Positions 48,789 through 57,182 of a stretch of 64,000 nucleotides of DNA are shown here, piece by piece. Source of the DNA: an uncultured virus (IMG/VR IMGVR_UViG_3300010278_000172). Lineage: Duplodnaviria > Heunggongvirae > Uroviricota > Caudoviricetes. A program made the translations under genes and the position numbers. Location of the stretch: IMG/VR virus record IMGVR_UViG_3300010278_000172; one strand, written 5' to 3'. The notes below the pieces were generated by a model. The model was not told the origin of the DNA and did not search any database. It worked only from the letters and a program-made list of their open reading frames with translations. Within the stretch, counting starts at the first letter, position 1. Each line of letters begins with the position of its first letter.

Positions 48789-49136
48789 GTGGATATATTG
48801 CTTGACAGTAATGGTGACTTGGCATTCAAGGGAACAGACATTGTCCTTGCCAATTCTGTTCGCCAAAAGATAAAAATTCGGTTAAAGTGGTTTTTTCAAG
48901 AATGGAGATGGGATGATGAAGCTGGTGTTCCGTATTTTGAATATCTTTTTGTGAAAAATCCAGATATAGACCAGATTAAAGAATTGATAGAAGAACAAAT
49001 TTTCAATGTAGACGAAATTACGGAAGTTAATGATGTATCTATAGAAATTGATAGCTTGAAAAGGTCGGCAGTAATCCGATACGAAGCTGTTACAGATGAA
49101 AAAACATATAAGGAAGAGGTGAAGATTGGTGGCTGA
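48789..49136 (+). CDS. Baseplate wedge / sheath initiator protein
   Basis: VRQKIKIRL..F..EW..D...GVPY. Confidence 0.65.
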   Translation: MDILLDSNGDLAFKGTDIVLANSVRQKIKIRLKWFFQEWRWDDEAGVPYFEYLFVKNPDIDQIKELIEEQIFNVDEITEVNDVSIEIDSLKRSAVIRYEAVTDEKTYKEEVKIGG

Positions 49137-50589
49137 ATATGGAATTACAGATAAAGGATTTGAGATTAAAAGATTGGATGAAATATTGGAGGAACTTCAT
49201 TCAGAACTTTCTGGAAAATTTGGATTTAACACCAGATTGGATCCTCAATCATTTCTGAATGTACTAATAACAACATACGGCGGACAAATTTCCGAGCTTT
49301 GGGAAGTGGCACAGGCCAGTTATTATGCAAAATATCCGTCTACAGCTGAAGGAGTAAGCCTTGATAATGCTGTGCAGTACGGTGGCATTCGACGAAGCCC
49401 TAATAAATACAGTTATTACACATTGCATTGTACAGGCGATGATGGAACGGTTGTAAGACAGGGAGCTACAGTTGCGACAAATACAGCGCCACAAGCTAAA
49501 CTGGCGGCTGTTTCAGAATTTGTTATAACGAGGGAATCTTTCAACAAGGTGTCAATAAGGGTATCAGCTCCTATTACAGGGGCTATATATTCTGTATCAA
49601 TAAACGGTGTTCAGTACAGTTTTACAAGTGTGTCCGATGATGAATTATCAATCATTGAAGGCCTGAGTAAAGCTGTAAATCCAGATGGATATAAGGTATC
49701 TGTGAATGAAAGCAATATTACATTGGATGTGATCAGTGAATCGGCATCAAGGAGTGGAATACTTGTGCTTTCTGACAATTTAACAACAGCAAGTGTTACA
49801 ACACTTGCTGATTTTGCAACTATAGATTATGGAAAACTTATATTTCCTAACGGAACGATAACAATCATGATTACAAATATTAGTGGGTTCAATGCTGTTG
49901 AGAATTTGATTGCACCTACATACGGAAGGTTACAGGAAACGGATGTAGAACTTCGACATTCATATTTGGCAAAATCGGCTATTCGCTCTACAAGGATGAT
50001 AGACAGTATTTGTTCTCAGTTAATAAATAATGTTCCGAATGTAGAAAGTGCAACAGGATATGAGAACAATACGGATGATACAGACGAGGAAGGAAGACCT
50101 CCGCATAGCGTTGAAATAATAGTAGATGGCGGAGATGAAACAAGTATCGCAAGCATTATTCTGGATAAAAAAGCTGCTGGTATTCAGACGTTTGGCTCTA
50201 TTTCTGTTAATGTTGCAACAGAGTATGGAGATTCCATTCCTATAAGCTTCAATAGACCAGAATATATTTATGTCTGGATGAAAGTTACATTAGATGCAGA
50301 TAAATCATATCTTCCTACAAATTATGCAAACTTGGCGATAAATTCAATTGTCAAAGATGCTTCCAAATTACAGGCAGGTGACAATATGTTGTCACAGACA
50401 TTCAATGATGGGATTTATTCGGCAGTGGGCGGTGTAACTTATGTAGATATTAAATGTGCTGCCACAAAAGACAAAGAGCGTATTCCGACCAGCGATGAAT
50501 ACACAAAGGTAAATATAAATGTTGAAAGCAGACAGAAGATTGTGGTTGCAGATACGAGAATTGAGGTGGTGTATAGTGGACATTCTTGA
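49129..50589 (+). CDS. Baseplate J-like protein
   Basis: TAEGVSLD, ETDVELR, PPHSVEIIVDGG, AAGIQTFG. Confidence 0.85.
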   Translation: MAEYGITDKGFEIKRLDEILEELHSELSGKFGFNTRLDPQSFLNVLITTYGGQISELWEVAQASYYAKYPSTAEGVSLDNAVQYGGIRRSPNKYSYYTLHCTGDDGTVVRQGATVATNTAPQAKLAAVSEFVITRESFNKVSIRVSAPITGAIYSVSINGVQYSFTSVSDDELSIIEGLSKAVNPDGYKVSVNESNITLDVISESASRSGILVLSDNLTTASVTTLADFATIDYGKLIFPNGTITIMITNISGFNAVENLIAPTYGRLQETDVELRHSYLAKSAIRSTRMIDSICSQLINNVPNVESATGYENNTDDTDEEGRPPHSVEIIVDGGDETSIASIILDKKAAGIQTFGSISVNVATEYGDSIPISFNRPEYIYVWMKVTLDADKSYLPTNYANLAINSIVKDASKLQAGDNMLSQTFNDGIYSAVGGVTYVDIKCAATKDKERIPTSDEYTKVNINVESRQKIVVADTRIEVVYSGHS

Positions 50590-51733
50590 TAAATGGTTGG
50601 ATGATTTACCGCAACAGTTTCAAGGAAAGAAATACATAGAAGCCCTTATTTCGGTGTTCGCAAAGCAATTAGAGGATTTATATAAGGTATTCAAACAGCT
50701 TGATACAGAGACAGATTTAGATAGTGCTGTTGGTATGAATTTGGATATGGTCGGAGATATTGTGACACTTACACGAAAAGAAGCTGGTGTTCTTGCAGGT
50801 ATTGATGTTGAGGATCCTGTTATTAGCGATGAGAGGTACCGCCAGTTCTTAAAGTATCAGATGCTGGTTAATACAAATGAATGTACCTACCATGACCTTA
50901 TGGACGGATTGGCATTATTATGGGATGTATCTCCGATTTATTACAGAGAAGATCCAGCACTTCCTGCTGTGATTATCCTCACAATGCCATTTCTTACACC
51001 AGGCGGAAAAGTTGTAACATTGGGTGAAGTTCCGATGGTAAAGCCGGCAGGTGTCAGAATTGAATTTGAGTATTATATCAAGGCTATCGTTGAGGTAGCC
51101 TTTAATTTTTGGATATCATCCTATGACGTACCGAGATGCAACACTATTGTTTGCGGCACACACCCAAAGAGAGCAACACTTGGAACTATTATTGAAGTTC
51201 GCTGTGAACAGGATGTGAATGCTTTGATAGCAGCTTTTGAATCAAGCAAAACAGGTACAATTCGGATAGGCGGAACTGCATATAATGCGACACTTGGACA
51301 ATTGCTTAAAAAGGATATAGAAATTGAGATTGACAGCAACCTACAAATCGTAGACTTTCTGCAGTCTGGACAAAGTGTGGCAGGATTGAAGCCAAATAAG
51401 GCAAAGAAGGGAATGATAATTCCGAAAGATATTCTTATCGATGGAAGCACATATTTACAGAAATACAACATGCCAGCTTCTGGCCGTCAAACATCTGGCG
51501 GTGGAGTGCTGGCTGATTCTTTATCCGTGGATGTTCAGAGCGGCATACAAGCTGAGAAAAATATAATGCTTGGAACATCAACCGAGATATATGCCTCGCC
51601 AGAGCACAAAGCTGGTAAAGCATATAAAACGCTTGCTGTTTCATCATCAGAAACAGAGGCAGATGTAAATGTATTCATTGCTTCGGCTACCATCAGACGA
51701 TGTGGAACCAGAAGCTGTGGAAATAAAGAATAG
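50576..51733 (+). CDS. Baseplate wedge protein (DUF2612-like) with repetitive C-terminal extension
   Basis: AVGMNLDMVGDIV, SDERYR, KPAGV; follows baseplate J. Confidence 0.7.
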   Translation: MDILDKWLDDLPQQFQGKKYIEALISVFAKQLEDLYKVFKQLDTETDLDSAVGMNLDMVGDIVTLTRKEAGVLAGIDVEDPVISDERYRQFLKYQMLVNTNECTYHDLMDGLALLWDVSPIYYREDPALPAVIILTMPFLTPGGKVVTLGEVPMVKPAGVRIEFEYYIKAIVEVAFNFWISSYDVPRCNTIVCGTHPKRATLGTIIEVRCEQDVNALIAAFESSKTGTIRIGGTAYNATLGQLLKKDIEIEIDSNLQIVDFLQSGQSVAGLKPNKAKKGMIIPKDILIDGSTYLQKYNMPASGRQTSGGGVLADSLSVDVQSGIQAEKNIMLGTSTEIYASPEHKAGKAYKTLAVSSSETEADVNVFIASATIRRCGTRSCGNKE

Positions 51734-51744
51734 GAGGTAGCAAG

Positions 51745-52059
51745 ATGGGATTCTGGGAAAAAGATTTTCTCGACAGAAGACGGCAGGAATGGATGAGCTC
51801 TATTCATAAATTCCAGTACCAAGTAAATGGAAATTGGTATGATGCCAAAATCAATAGTAAGAAAATCACAGGCAACAAGATTGTTTTTATTGTAAGTTTG
51901 CTCACCACTCCCAAGACAGCCCACACAATTACCGGAATTCGCCTTTGGGACATTACCGGTCGCATTTGTGGAGGACTGGAAGTTGCCGTTAAAAGGACGG
52001 CAAATCAGGGTGTGTTAGCTAAATTTGAATTTCCAATTTACGAGAAAGGAGATGAATAG
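51745..52059 (+). CDS. Tail-associated hypothetical protein
   Basis: Strong RBS, tail module. Confidence 0.6.
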   Translation: MGFWEKDFLDRRRQEWMSSIHKFQYQVNGNWYDAKINSKKITGNKIVFIVSLLTTPKTAHTITGIRLWDITGRICGGLEVAVKRTANQGVLAKFEFPIYEKGDE

Positions 52060-52061
52060 GG

Positions 52062-52544
52062 ATGAATGTATTACCAGAATATTTGGAAGGCAACAGAACT
52101 GGCTCATACACACCAGAACAGTGGCTTGACGAAGTAAAGGACAAAAATTCGGACGAGATTATCCAGGAGGGAACTCCAATGGATGCCGAACACTTCAATC
52201 ACATGGAGCAGGGCATTCATAACAACTCACTTATGTTGGCTCTTTTGTTAGAGAATGTAAAGCATACTCAGCAAAGCGTAGAGTCTGTTGATGGTGAGGA
52301 ACTTGAAGTTACATTGACCAACACAAAGGATTTCTATTTTAATAATTCTGTTAAGACTGTGGCGCTTGCGAATATGCGTAGCACATTGGATTACAGGGTT
52401 ATCACAGAAGTACAAGGCAATCCTGTAAATGTTGGCGATGTGGTTGTCTATGATAAGCAGGTGAATGGCTTTAAGATTGCTTTTACAGGCAGTGCTAAAA
52501 GCGTGACTGTTCGTTGCTTTGTACAGGGAGGAGGTACGGTGTAG
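52062..52544 (+). CDS. Tail fibre-associated protein
   Basis: QEGTPMDAEHFNHMEQGI, NGFKIAFTGSA. Confidence 0.6.
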   Translation: MNVLPEYLEGNRTGSYTPEQWLDEVKDKNSDEIIQEGTPMDAEHFNHMEQGIHNNSLMLALLLENVKHTQQSVESVDGEELEVTLTNTKDFYFNNSVKTVALANMRSTLDYRVITEVQGNPVNVGDVVVYDKQVNGFKIAFTGSAKSVTVRCFVQGGGTV

Positions 52545-52714
52545 TGGCAAATATCATTATTCATAGTGACGAAAGAAAAGCTGAAACAAACAGAACCCTT
52601 CGTGATTATGGTATCAATCCGGAACATGCAACCAAAGCACAAAGAGATATGGCAGATTGCGTAGCCCAGAAGACAGGCGAAGCCTGCAGAGAATTAAGGA
52701 GGTATGACAGATGA
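52544..52714 (+). CDS. Small hypothetical protein
   Basis: GGAGG RBS, GTG start overlapping previous stop. Confidence 0.5.
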   Translation: MANIIIHSDERKAETNRTLRDYGINPEHATKAQRDMADCVAQKTGEACRELRRYDR

Positions 52715-53055
52715 AAGTCGTAGAGGTAAATGTTGGAAAGAAAATTGAGTACAGTGTATCGAAAAATAAGATTACATTTGCTGATGAATTGATGCTCAAT
52801 TGCGAAAAGTTGGAGAGAGATAATGATGAATGTGTTGACATTTGCATTGCAAAGAATGGGATGATTACTTCTGGCCAGCTTGGTGAAAAGTATGCAGCAC
52901 AAATTGAGATTCCGGCAAGGCAGTATGTTGAAAAGGAAGTTCCTAATCCAGATTATGATCCTGAGGTAGAAAACAGCAGCGAAACAATTATGGAAAGAAC
53001 CCCTGTTCCGTTCAATATGGCAAATGTTACGCTCAAATTATATGCAATCGAATAA
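52711..53055 (+). CDS. Tail-associated hypothetical protein
   Basis: 114-aa ORF directly upstream of the DGR target. Confidence 0.6.
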   Translation: MKVVEVNVGKKIEYSVSKNKITFADELMLNCEKLERDNDECVDICIAKNGMITSGQLGEKYAAQIEIPARQYVEKEVPNPDYDPEVENSSETIMERTPVPFNMANVTLKLYAIE

Positions 53056-53066
53056 GGAGGACTATT

Positions 53067-54119
53067 ATGGGAAATTATGATCAGATGGCAGCTGCGGTAA
53101 GCGAGCTGTCAGGCGGAAAAAATGTGGTATTACTGGATGACATCGGAATGCCATCAATTTATGTAAGAATTCCAAAAGGAAAAAATTCAGAGCTTGTAAG
53201 CGGCCTTAGCGATAATGTTCATTATGCGTTTAATGTGGACAGTGTCGAGAAGACCGCTTTTTATTATTCCAAGTATCAGAATATTATTGTAAATGAAAGG
53301 GCATATTCTCTCGGACACAGAGATCCTGCAAATTCCATAAATTGGGATGCTGCAAGAAAGGCTTGCGAAAATAAAGGAGCGGGCTTCCACCTTGCAACAA
53401 TGGCAGAGTGGGCTTATATTGCTCTCTGGTGCCGCAAGAATGGCACTATGCCGCATGGAAACAATAATTACGGAAAAGATTCGGCTTATACACATGAACA
53501 CGGCGAGGAATCTTCAAAGGATAGCGGAAAAACTGGAAGATGTTTTACCGGTTCTGGACCTGTAACATGGAACCATAACCATCACGGAGATGGCATTTGT
53601 GACTTAAACGGAAATGTATGGGAGTGGAATGCAGGCATGCGTCTTGTTGATGGAGAAATCCAGATCATTCCATACAATAATGCAGCAATGGGTAGCAAAT
53701 GTGATATGTCGGCATCCTCTACTCTCTGGAAAGCAATTAAGGCGGATGGCTCGCTTGTAGAACCTGGAACGGCCGGAACATTAAAGTGGGATTGGGTATC
53801 AGGCAAAATTCAGCTTACTTCTGGTGCGATTACATATAAGACTGATAGCGGTGTCGGTGGACAGTATAAAGATATGACACTTGCAAGCGGGCTTACTGCT
53901 CCAGAAATTGCAAAGATGTTATTGCTCTACCCAGACGAACCAAACGGAGATTACGCAGGTGATTATCATTGGTTCGACCCTGTTGGCGAGCGTTTGCCGC
54001 TTTGCGGGGGCGGCTGGAACTCTGGTGCCATCGCTGGTGTCTTCCGCTTGTACCTCGACACTCCCCGCTCCTATGCGAGCTGGTACGTCGGTTTCCGCTC
54101 CGCTTTTGTTGATCTGTAA
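53067..54119 (+). CDS. DGR target protein (Mtd-like, FGE/C-type-lectin fold), probable receptor-binding protein
   Basis: HLATMAEW, DLNGNVWEW, GGGW...GFRSA; 3' end holds the VR. Confidence 0.9.
   Translation: MGNYDQMAAAVSELSGGKNVVLLDDIGMPSIYVRIPKGKNSELVSGLSDNVHYAFNVDSVEKTAFYYSKYQNIIVNERAYSLGHRDPANSINWDAARKACENKGAGFHLATMAEWAYIALWCRKNGTMPHGNNNYGKDSAYTHEHGEESSKDSGKTGRCFTGSGPVTWNHNHHGDGICDLNGNVWEWNAGMRLVDGEIQIIPYNNAAMGSKCDMSASSTLWKAIKADGSLVEPGTAGTLKWDWVSGKIQLTSGAITYKTDSGVGGQYKDMTLASGLTAPEIAKMLLLYPDEPNGDYAGDYHWFDPVGERLPLCGGGWNSGAIAGVFRLYLDTPRSYASWYVGFRSAFVDL
53990..54104 (+). repeat. DGR variable repeat (VR)
   Basis: 115-bp ungapped match to 54621-54735 with 15 mismatches, all opposite TR adenines. 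Confidence 0.97.
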
Positions 54120-54141
54120 TCTGTTGCACTGTAATCTGACT

Positions 54142-54161
54142 GAGGCTGCGATAGCAGCCTC
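54142..54161 (+). promoter_or_regulatory. DGR target-recognition hairpin/cruciform downstream of VR
   Basis: GAGGCTGC-GATA-GCAGCCTC, perfect 8-bp stem with a GRNA-type loop. Confidence 0.8.
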
Positions 54162-54271
54162 TTATTTTATTTTTTACCTTGCAATAACGAAATACGATAT
54201 AAAATAACAAATAAATCCGAAGCAGAACTATGTGTGGTAGAATGGAAAAAAATATGGTATAGAGGGACTTT

Positions 54272-54607
54272 ATGGAGGAATTAAAGATATTACAAAAGAC
54301 CTTCGATATGATGAACTATGCTTATCCTGCATTGGCACAATATCCAAAGGGCGAGAAATTCGCCCTTGTTGTGGATATAAAGAGGTGCATGGATGTTATG
54401 TTGGAGAGGATTATCGAGGCCAACAAAAAGTATTATAAGAAAACTACACTACAGGAATTAGATGTAGAAGTGGAAAAGTTAAAGGCATATGTCCGATTGT
54501 CATATAACTTAGGTTTTTTACCTCCGAAAAAATATGAACAATGGTCCGGTCTGGTAGTTGAAATTGGCAGAATGGTAGGAGGCTGGATAAAGAGTGTAAG
54601 CAAGTAG
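54272..54607 (+). CDS. avd: DGR accessory variability determinant (four-helix bundle)
   Basis: YPKGEKFAL, LQELDVE...L...VRLS, EIGRMVGGW; lies between VR and TR. Confidence 0.92.
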   Translation: MEELKILQKTFDMMNYAYPALAQYPKGEKFALVVDIKRCMDVMLERIIEANKKYYKKTTLQELDVEVEKLKAYVRLSYNLGFLPPKKYEQWSGLVVEIGRMVGGWIKSVSK

Positions 54608-54620
54608 GGTACGGAATACT

Positions 54621-54735
54621 GCGTTTGCCGATTTGCGGGGGCAACTGGAACAATGGTGCCAACGCTGGTGTCTTCAACTTGAACCTCAACAATCCCCGCT
54701 CCAATGCGAACTGGAACATCGGTTTCCGCTCCGCT
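54621..54735 (+). ncRNA. DGR template repeat (TR)
   Basis: AAC/AAT-rich copy of VR between avd and RT; followed by a structured spacer to 54889. Confidence 0.95.
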
Positions 54736-54889
54736 CTGCCTTCAAGTCAGATGCTGCAGACCTAATGGGTGTGCAGTCAGTACAGAGGTGTAAAGGATTC
54801 CGTCTCCTTTGCTCTCGCAAAAAAATGTAATGGGCATGAATGCCGGTAGTAGTATAAGCGAATCCCGCAATGCTCTGAAATGAGATAAT

Positions 54890-55996
54890 ATGTCCATTAA
54901 AAATGTGTATGCTCAAATCGTATCTTTTGATAATTTGCTACAGGCTGAGAAAGATGCCCGAGCAGGAAAAAGATATGAAAATGAGCAGCTTGCATTCTGG
55001 GGGAACCTGGAAGACAATATACATTCGATATCCGAAAAACTTAAATGCCATAATTATCCGCCAGACATATACCATCATTTTTATGTGTATGAGCCAAAAT
55101 TGCGAAAAGTAATATTTTCTGATTACACAACAAAGGTAATTCAAAGGGCAGCATACAATGTACTCAATCCTATAGTTTGTAAAGGGATGATTAGTGATAC
55201 CTATTCCTGCATAGAAGATAGAGGACAACTTAAATCTATGCAGAGATTAGCAGGGTGGGTTGATTTTGTAGAGAAAAGCGGTGAACGTTGGTACTATCTG
55301 AAAATGGATGTGGAGAAATTCTTCTATCGAATGGATCATGAGGTGCTTATGAGCATAATCCAGAAAAAGATAGGGGACAAGGAAGCGGTTAGATTCCTTG
55401 AACATTATGTGTGCCATGCTTCCAGAGCATTTGGACTTCCGCTTGGAGTAAAGTCACCACTGGAAATATCGGATAAAGAAATGCTGTGGGATGTAGGGAT
55501 TGCCATAGGTGGCGGATTGTCACACATGTATGGCAATATGTATTTAAACCCTATGGACCAAATGGCAAAGAGAAAAGAGGGCATACAGTATTATATTCGT
55601 TATATGGATGATGTGATTATTCTATCGACGGACAAGGAGCTGTTACACAGGTACAAGAATATGTTTTCTGATTTTTTAGGCGATGTTCTGAAACTTCGAT
55701 TAAATAATAAAACAGCAATTCGACCTGTCTCACATGGCATGGAGTTTGTTGGTTATACTATTCGCCCTTTTGATGTTCGATTGAGAAAAAGCACAAGCCT
55801 TAGAATGAAAAGGCATTTGAAAACAATACAGGAGCTTTATCGTGATTATGAGATAGACCTTGATAGAGCCCACTCCACTCTTATGAGTTATAAGGCCTTG
55901 ATGGACCATTGCGACTGCAGGGCTTTGGAAAAGAAAATATTTGAGGATTTTGTTCTTACGCACAATCCGAAGGAGGCTGATACAGACAATGGATGA
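54890..55996 (+). CDS. DGR reverse transcriptase
   Basis: YEPKLR, YLKMDVEKFF, GIAIGGGLSHMYGN, YIRYMDD, LNNKT, FVGY; VR/avd/TR context. Confidence 0.95.
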   Translation: MSIKNVYAQIVSFDNLLQAEKDARAGKRYENEQLAFWGNLEDNIHSISEKLKCHNYPPDIYHHFYVYEPKLRKVIFSDYTTKVIQRAAYNVLNPIVCKGMISDTYSCIEDRGQLKSMQRLAGWVDFVEKSGERWYYLKMDVEKFFYRMDHEVLMSIIQKKIGDKEAVRFLEHYVCHASRAFGLPLGVKSPLEISDKEMLWDVGIAIGGGLSHMYGNMYLNPMDQMAKRKEGIQYYIRYMDDVIILSTDKELLHRYKNMFSDFLGDVLKLRLNNKTAIRPVSHGMEFVGYTIRPFDVRLRKSTSLRMKRHLKTIQELYRDYEIDLDRAHSTLMSYKALMDHCDCRALEKKIFEDFVLTHNPKEADTDNG

Positions 55997-56216
55997 AGAC
56001 AATATGTTGGAACTGCTCGAACTTTATATGGATATGGTTGAAAAACAGGATGAAATCATATACCGCCTTGGAAAAATCGTAGCCAGACAGGCAACGGATA
56101 TTCAACTGTTGAAAAATGACAGGGAATTTTCGGACGATAAACTGACGGAGGATACAGCAATTGTAGATGAAGTTATCGGGCAGTATAACGATATGAAAAG
56201 CGAATTAGAGCCGTAA
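55989..56216 (+). CDS. Hypothetical coiled-coil protein
   Basis: AGGAGG RBS; overlaps RT stop. Confidence 0.6.
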   Translation: MDEDNMLELLELYMDMVEKQDEIIYRLGKIVARQATDIQLLKNDREFSDDKLTEDTAIVDEVIGQYNDMKSELEP

Positions 56217-56228
56217 GGCTCTTTTTTT
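56208..56228 (+). terminator. Terminator-like hairpin closing the DGR operon
   Basis: GAGCC-GTAA-GGCTC followed by T7. Confidence 0.6.
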
Positions 56229-56256
56229 ATGCCCTTTGGAAGGAGGTGAGAGAACA

Positions 56257-56565
56257 ATGGAGGATCCAATTACAAGAGCTGAGTATGAAGAATACCAAAA
56301 GCGAATGGAGCAGGAAGACCACAGGCAGAACCGACGGATTGAACAGTTGGAGGAAAATACCAAGCAGATCAACGCTCTTACGGTATCAATAGAAAAACTG
56401 GCACAGAGTGTTGAAAGCATGGTCAGGGAGCAGGAGGCACAGGGGAAACGTCTCGTGTCTTTGGAAAGCAAAGACGGAGAAATGTGGAGAAAAGTCGTTG
56501 GTTATGTAATAACTGCGGTAATAGGAATTGTCCTAGGATTTGCATTTACGCAAATTGGAATGTAA
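56257..56565 (+). CDS. Lysis-module protein, coiled coil plus C-terminal TM (XhlA-like)
   Basis: Coiled coil then VVGYVITAVIGIVLGFAF; position. Confidence 0.6.
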   Translation: MEDPITRAEYEEYQKRMEQEDHRQNRRIEQLEENTKQINALTVSIEKLAQSVESMVREQEAQGKRLVSLESKDGEMWRKVVGYVITAVIGIVLGFAFTQIGM

Positions 56566-56598
56566 CTTTAGTTGAGATTATTTATAGGAGGAATCATC

Positions 56599-56925
56599 AT
56601 GAACATGGAATTTATTATTGCTAATGCGTCACAGTTACTTGTTGTAGTTGCGGTTATCTGTACACTGATTTCTGTAATTACAGAGTTCACAAAAGAGATT
56701 GGGATTCTTAACAGAATTCCTACATCTTTGCAGGTCTTAATCCTGTCAATTATAATTTGCGTCACAGCCTTTTTTGCATATATTTCATATGCGAAAATCA
56801 CCTTCGTGTGGTATTACCTCGTGGCTGTAATTTTTGCTTCATTCATTGTTGCTATTGTTTGCTGCAAAGGTTGGGAATATCTGATTACTATTTGGAAAAG
56901 GTTCTATAAGCCGGAGGATAAATGA
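56599..56925 (+). CDS. Putative holin
   Basis: Three TM segments, upstream of endolysin. Confidence 0.7.
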   Translation: MNMEFIIANASQLLVVVAVICTLISVITEFTKEIGILNRIPTSLQVLILSIIICVTAFFAYISYAKITFVWYYLVAVIFASFIVAIVCCKGWEYLITIWKRFYKPEDK

Positions 56926-57173
56926 GAACGGTGATTATGGTCTACATAATCATTGCAATTTTAGGATTCACAGCAGGAGTGATTTTGCTTTGCAGGGCAA
57001 TGTATAAATCTATATCCAAAAGACACACAGAGAATACACCGGGGATAGTAATATTCCCGGTATTTCTTGTGTTAACATCAATAGCATGGCCGCTGTGTCT
57101 AATTGCACTTTGTGTACTGACCATAAAAGAATTGGATAATGAACAAAATAACTATGATCAAAGAGATTTGTAG
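56922..57173 (+). CDS. Small two-TM membrane protein
   Basis: Two hydrophobic segments in lysis module. Confidence 0.55.
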   Translation: MRTVIMVYIIIAILGFTAGVILLCRAMYKSISKRHTENTPGIVIFPVFLVLTSIAWPLCLIALCVLTIKELDNEQNNYDQRDL

Positions 57174-57182
57174 GAGGAACAC

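Noticed and set aside
54633..54830. 65-aa ORF over the TR
   Set aside because: Overlaps the template RNA, is out of frame with the VR-equivalent reading, and has no clear RBS
54890..55996. RT as a retron, group II intron or Abi RT
   Set aside because: The avd gene, the TR/VR pair with A-only mismatches and the short length identify a DGR RT
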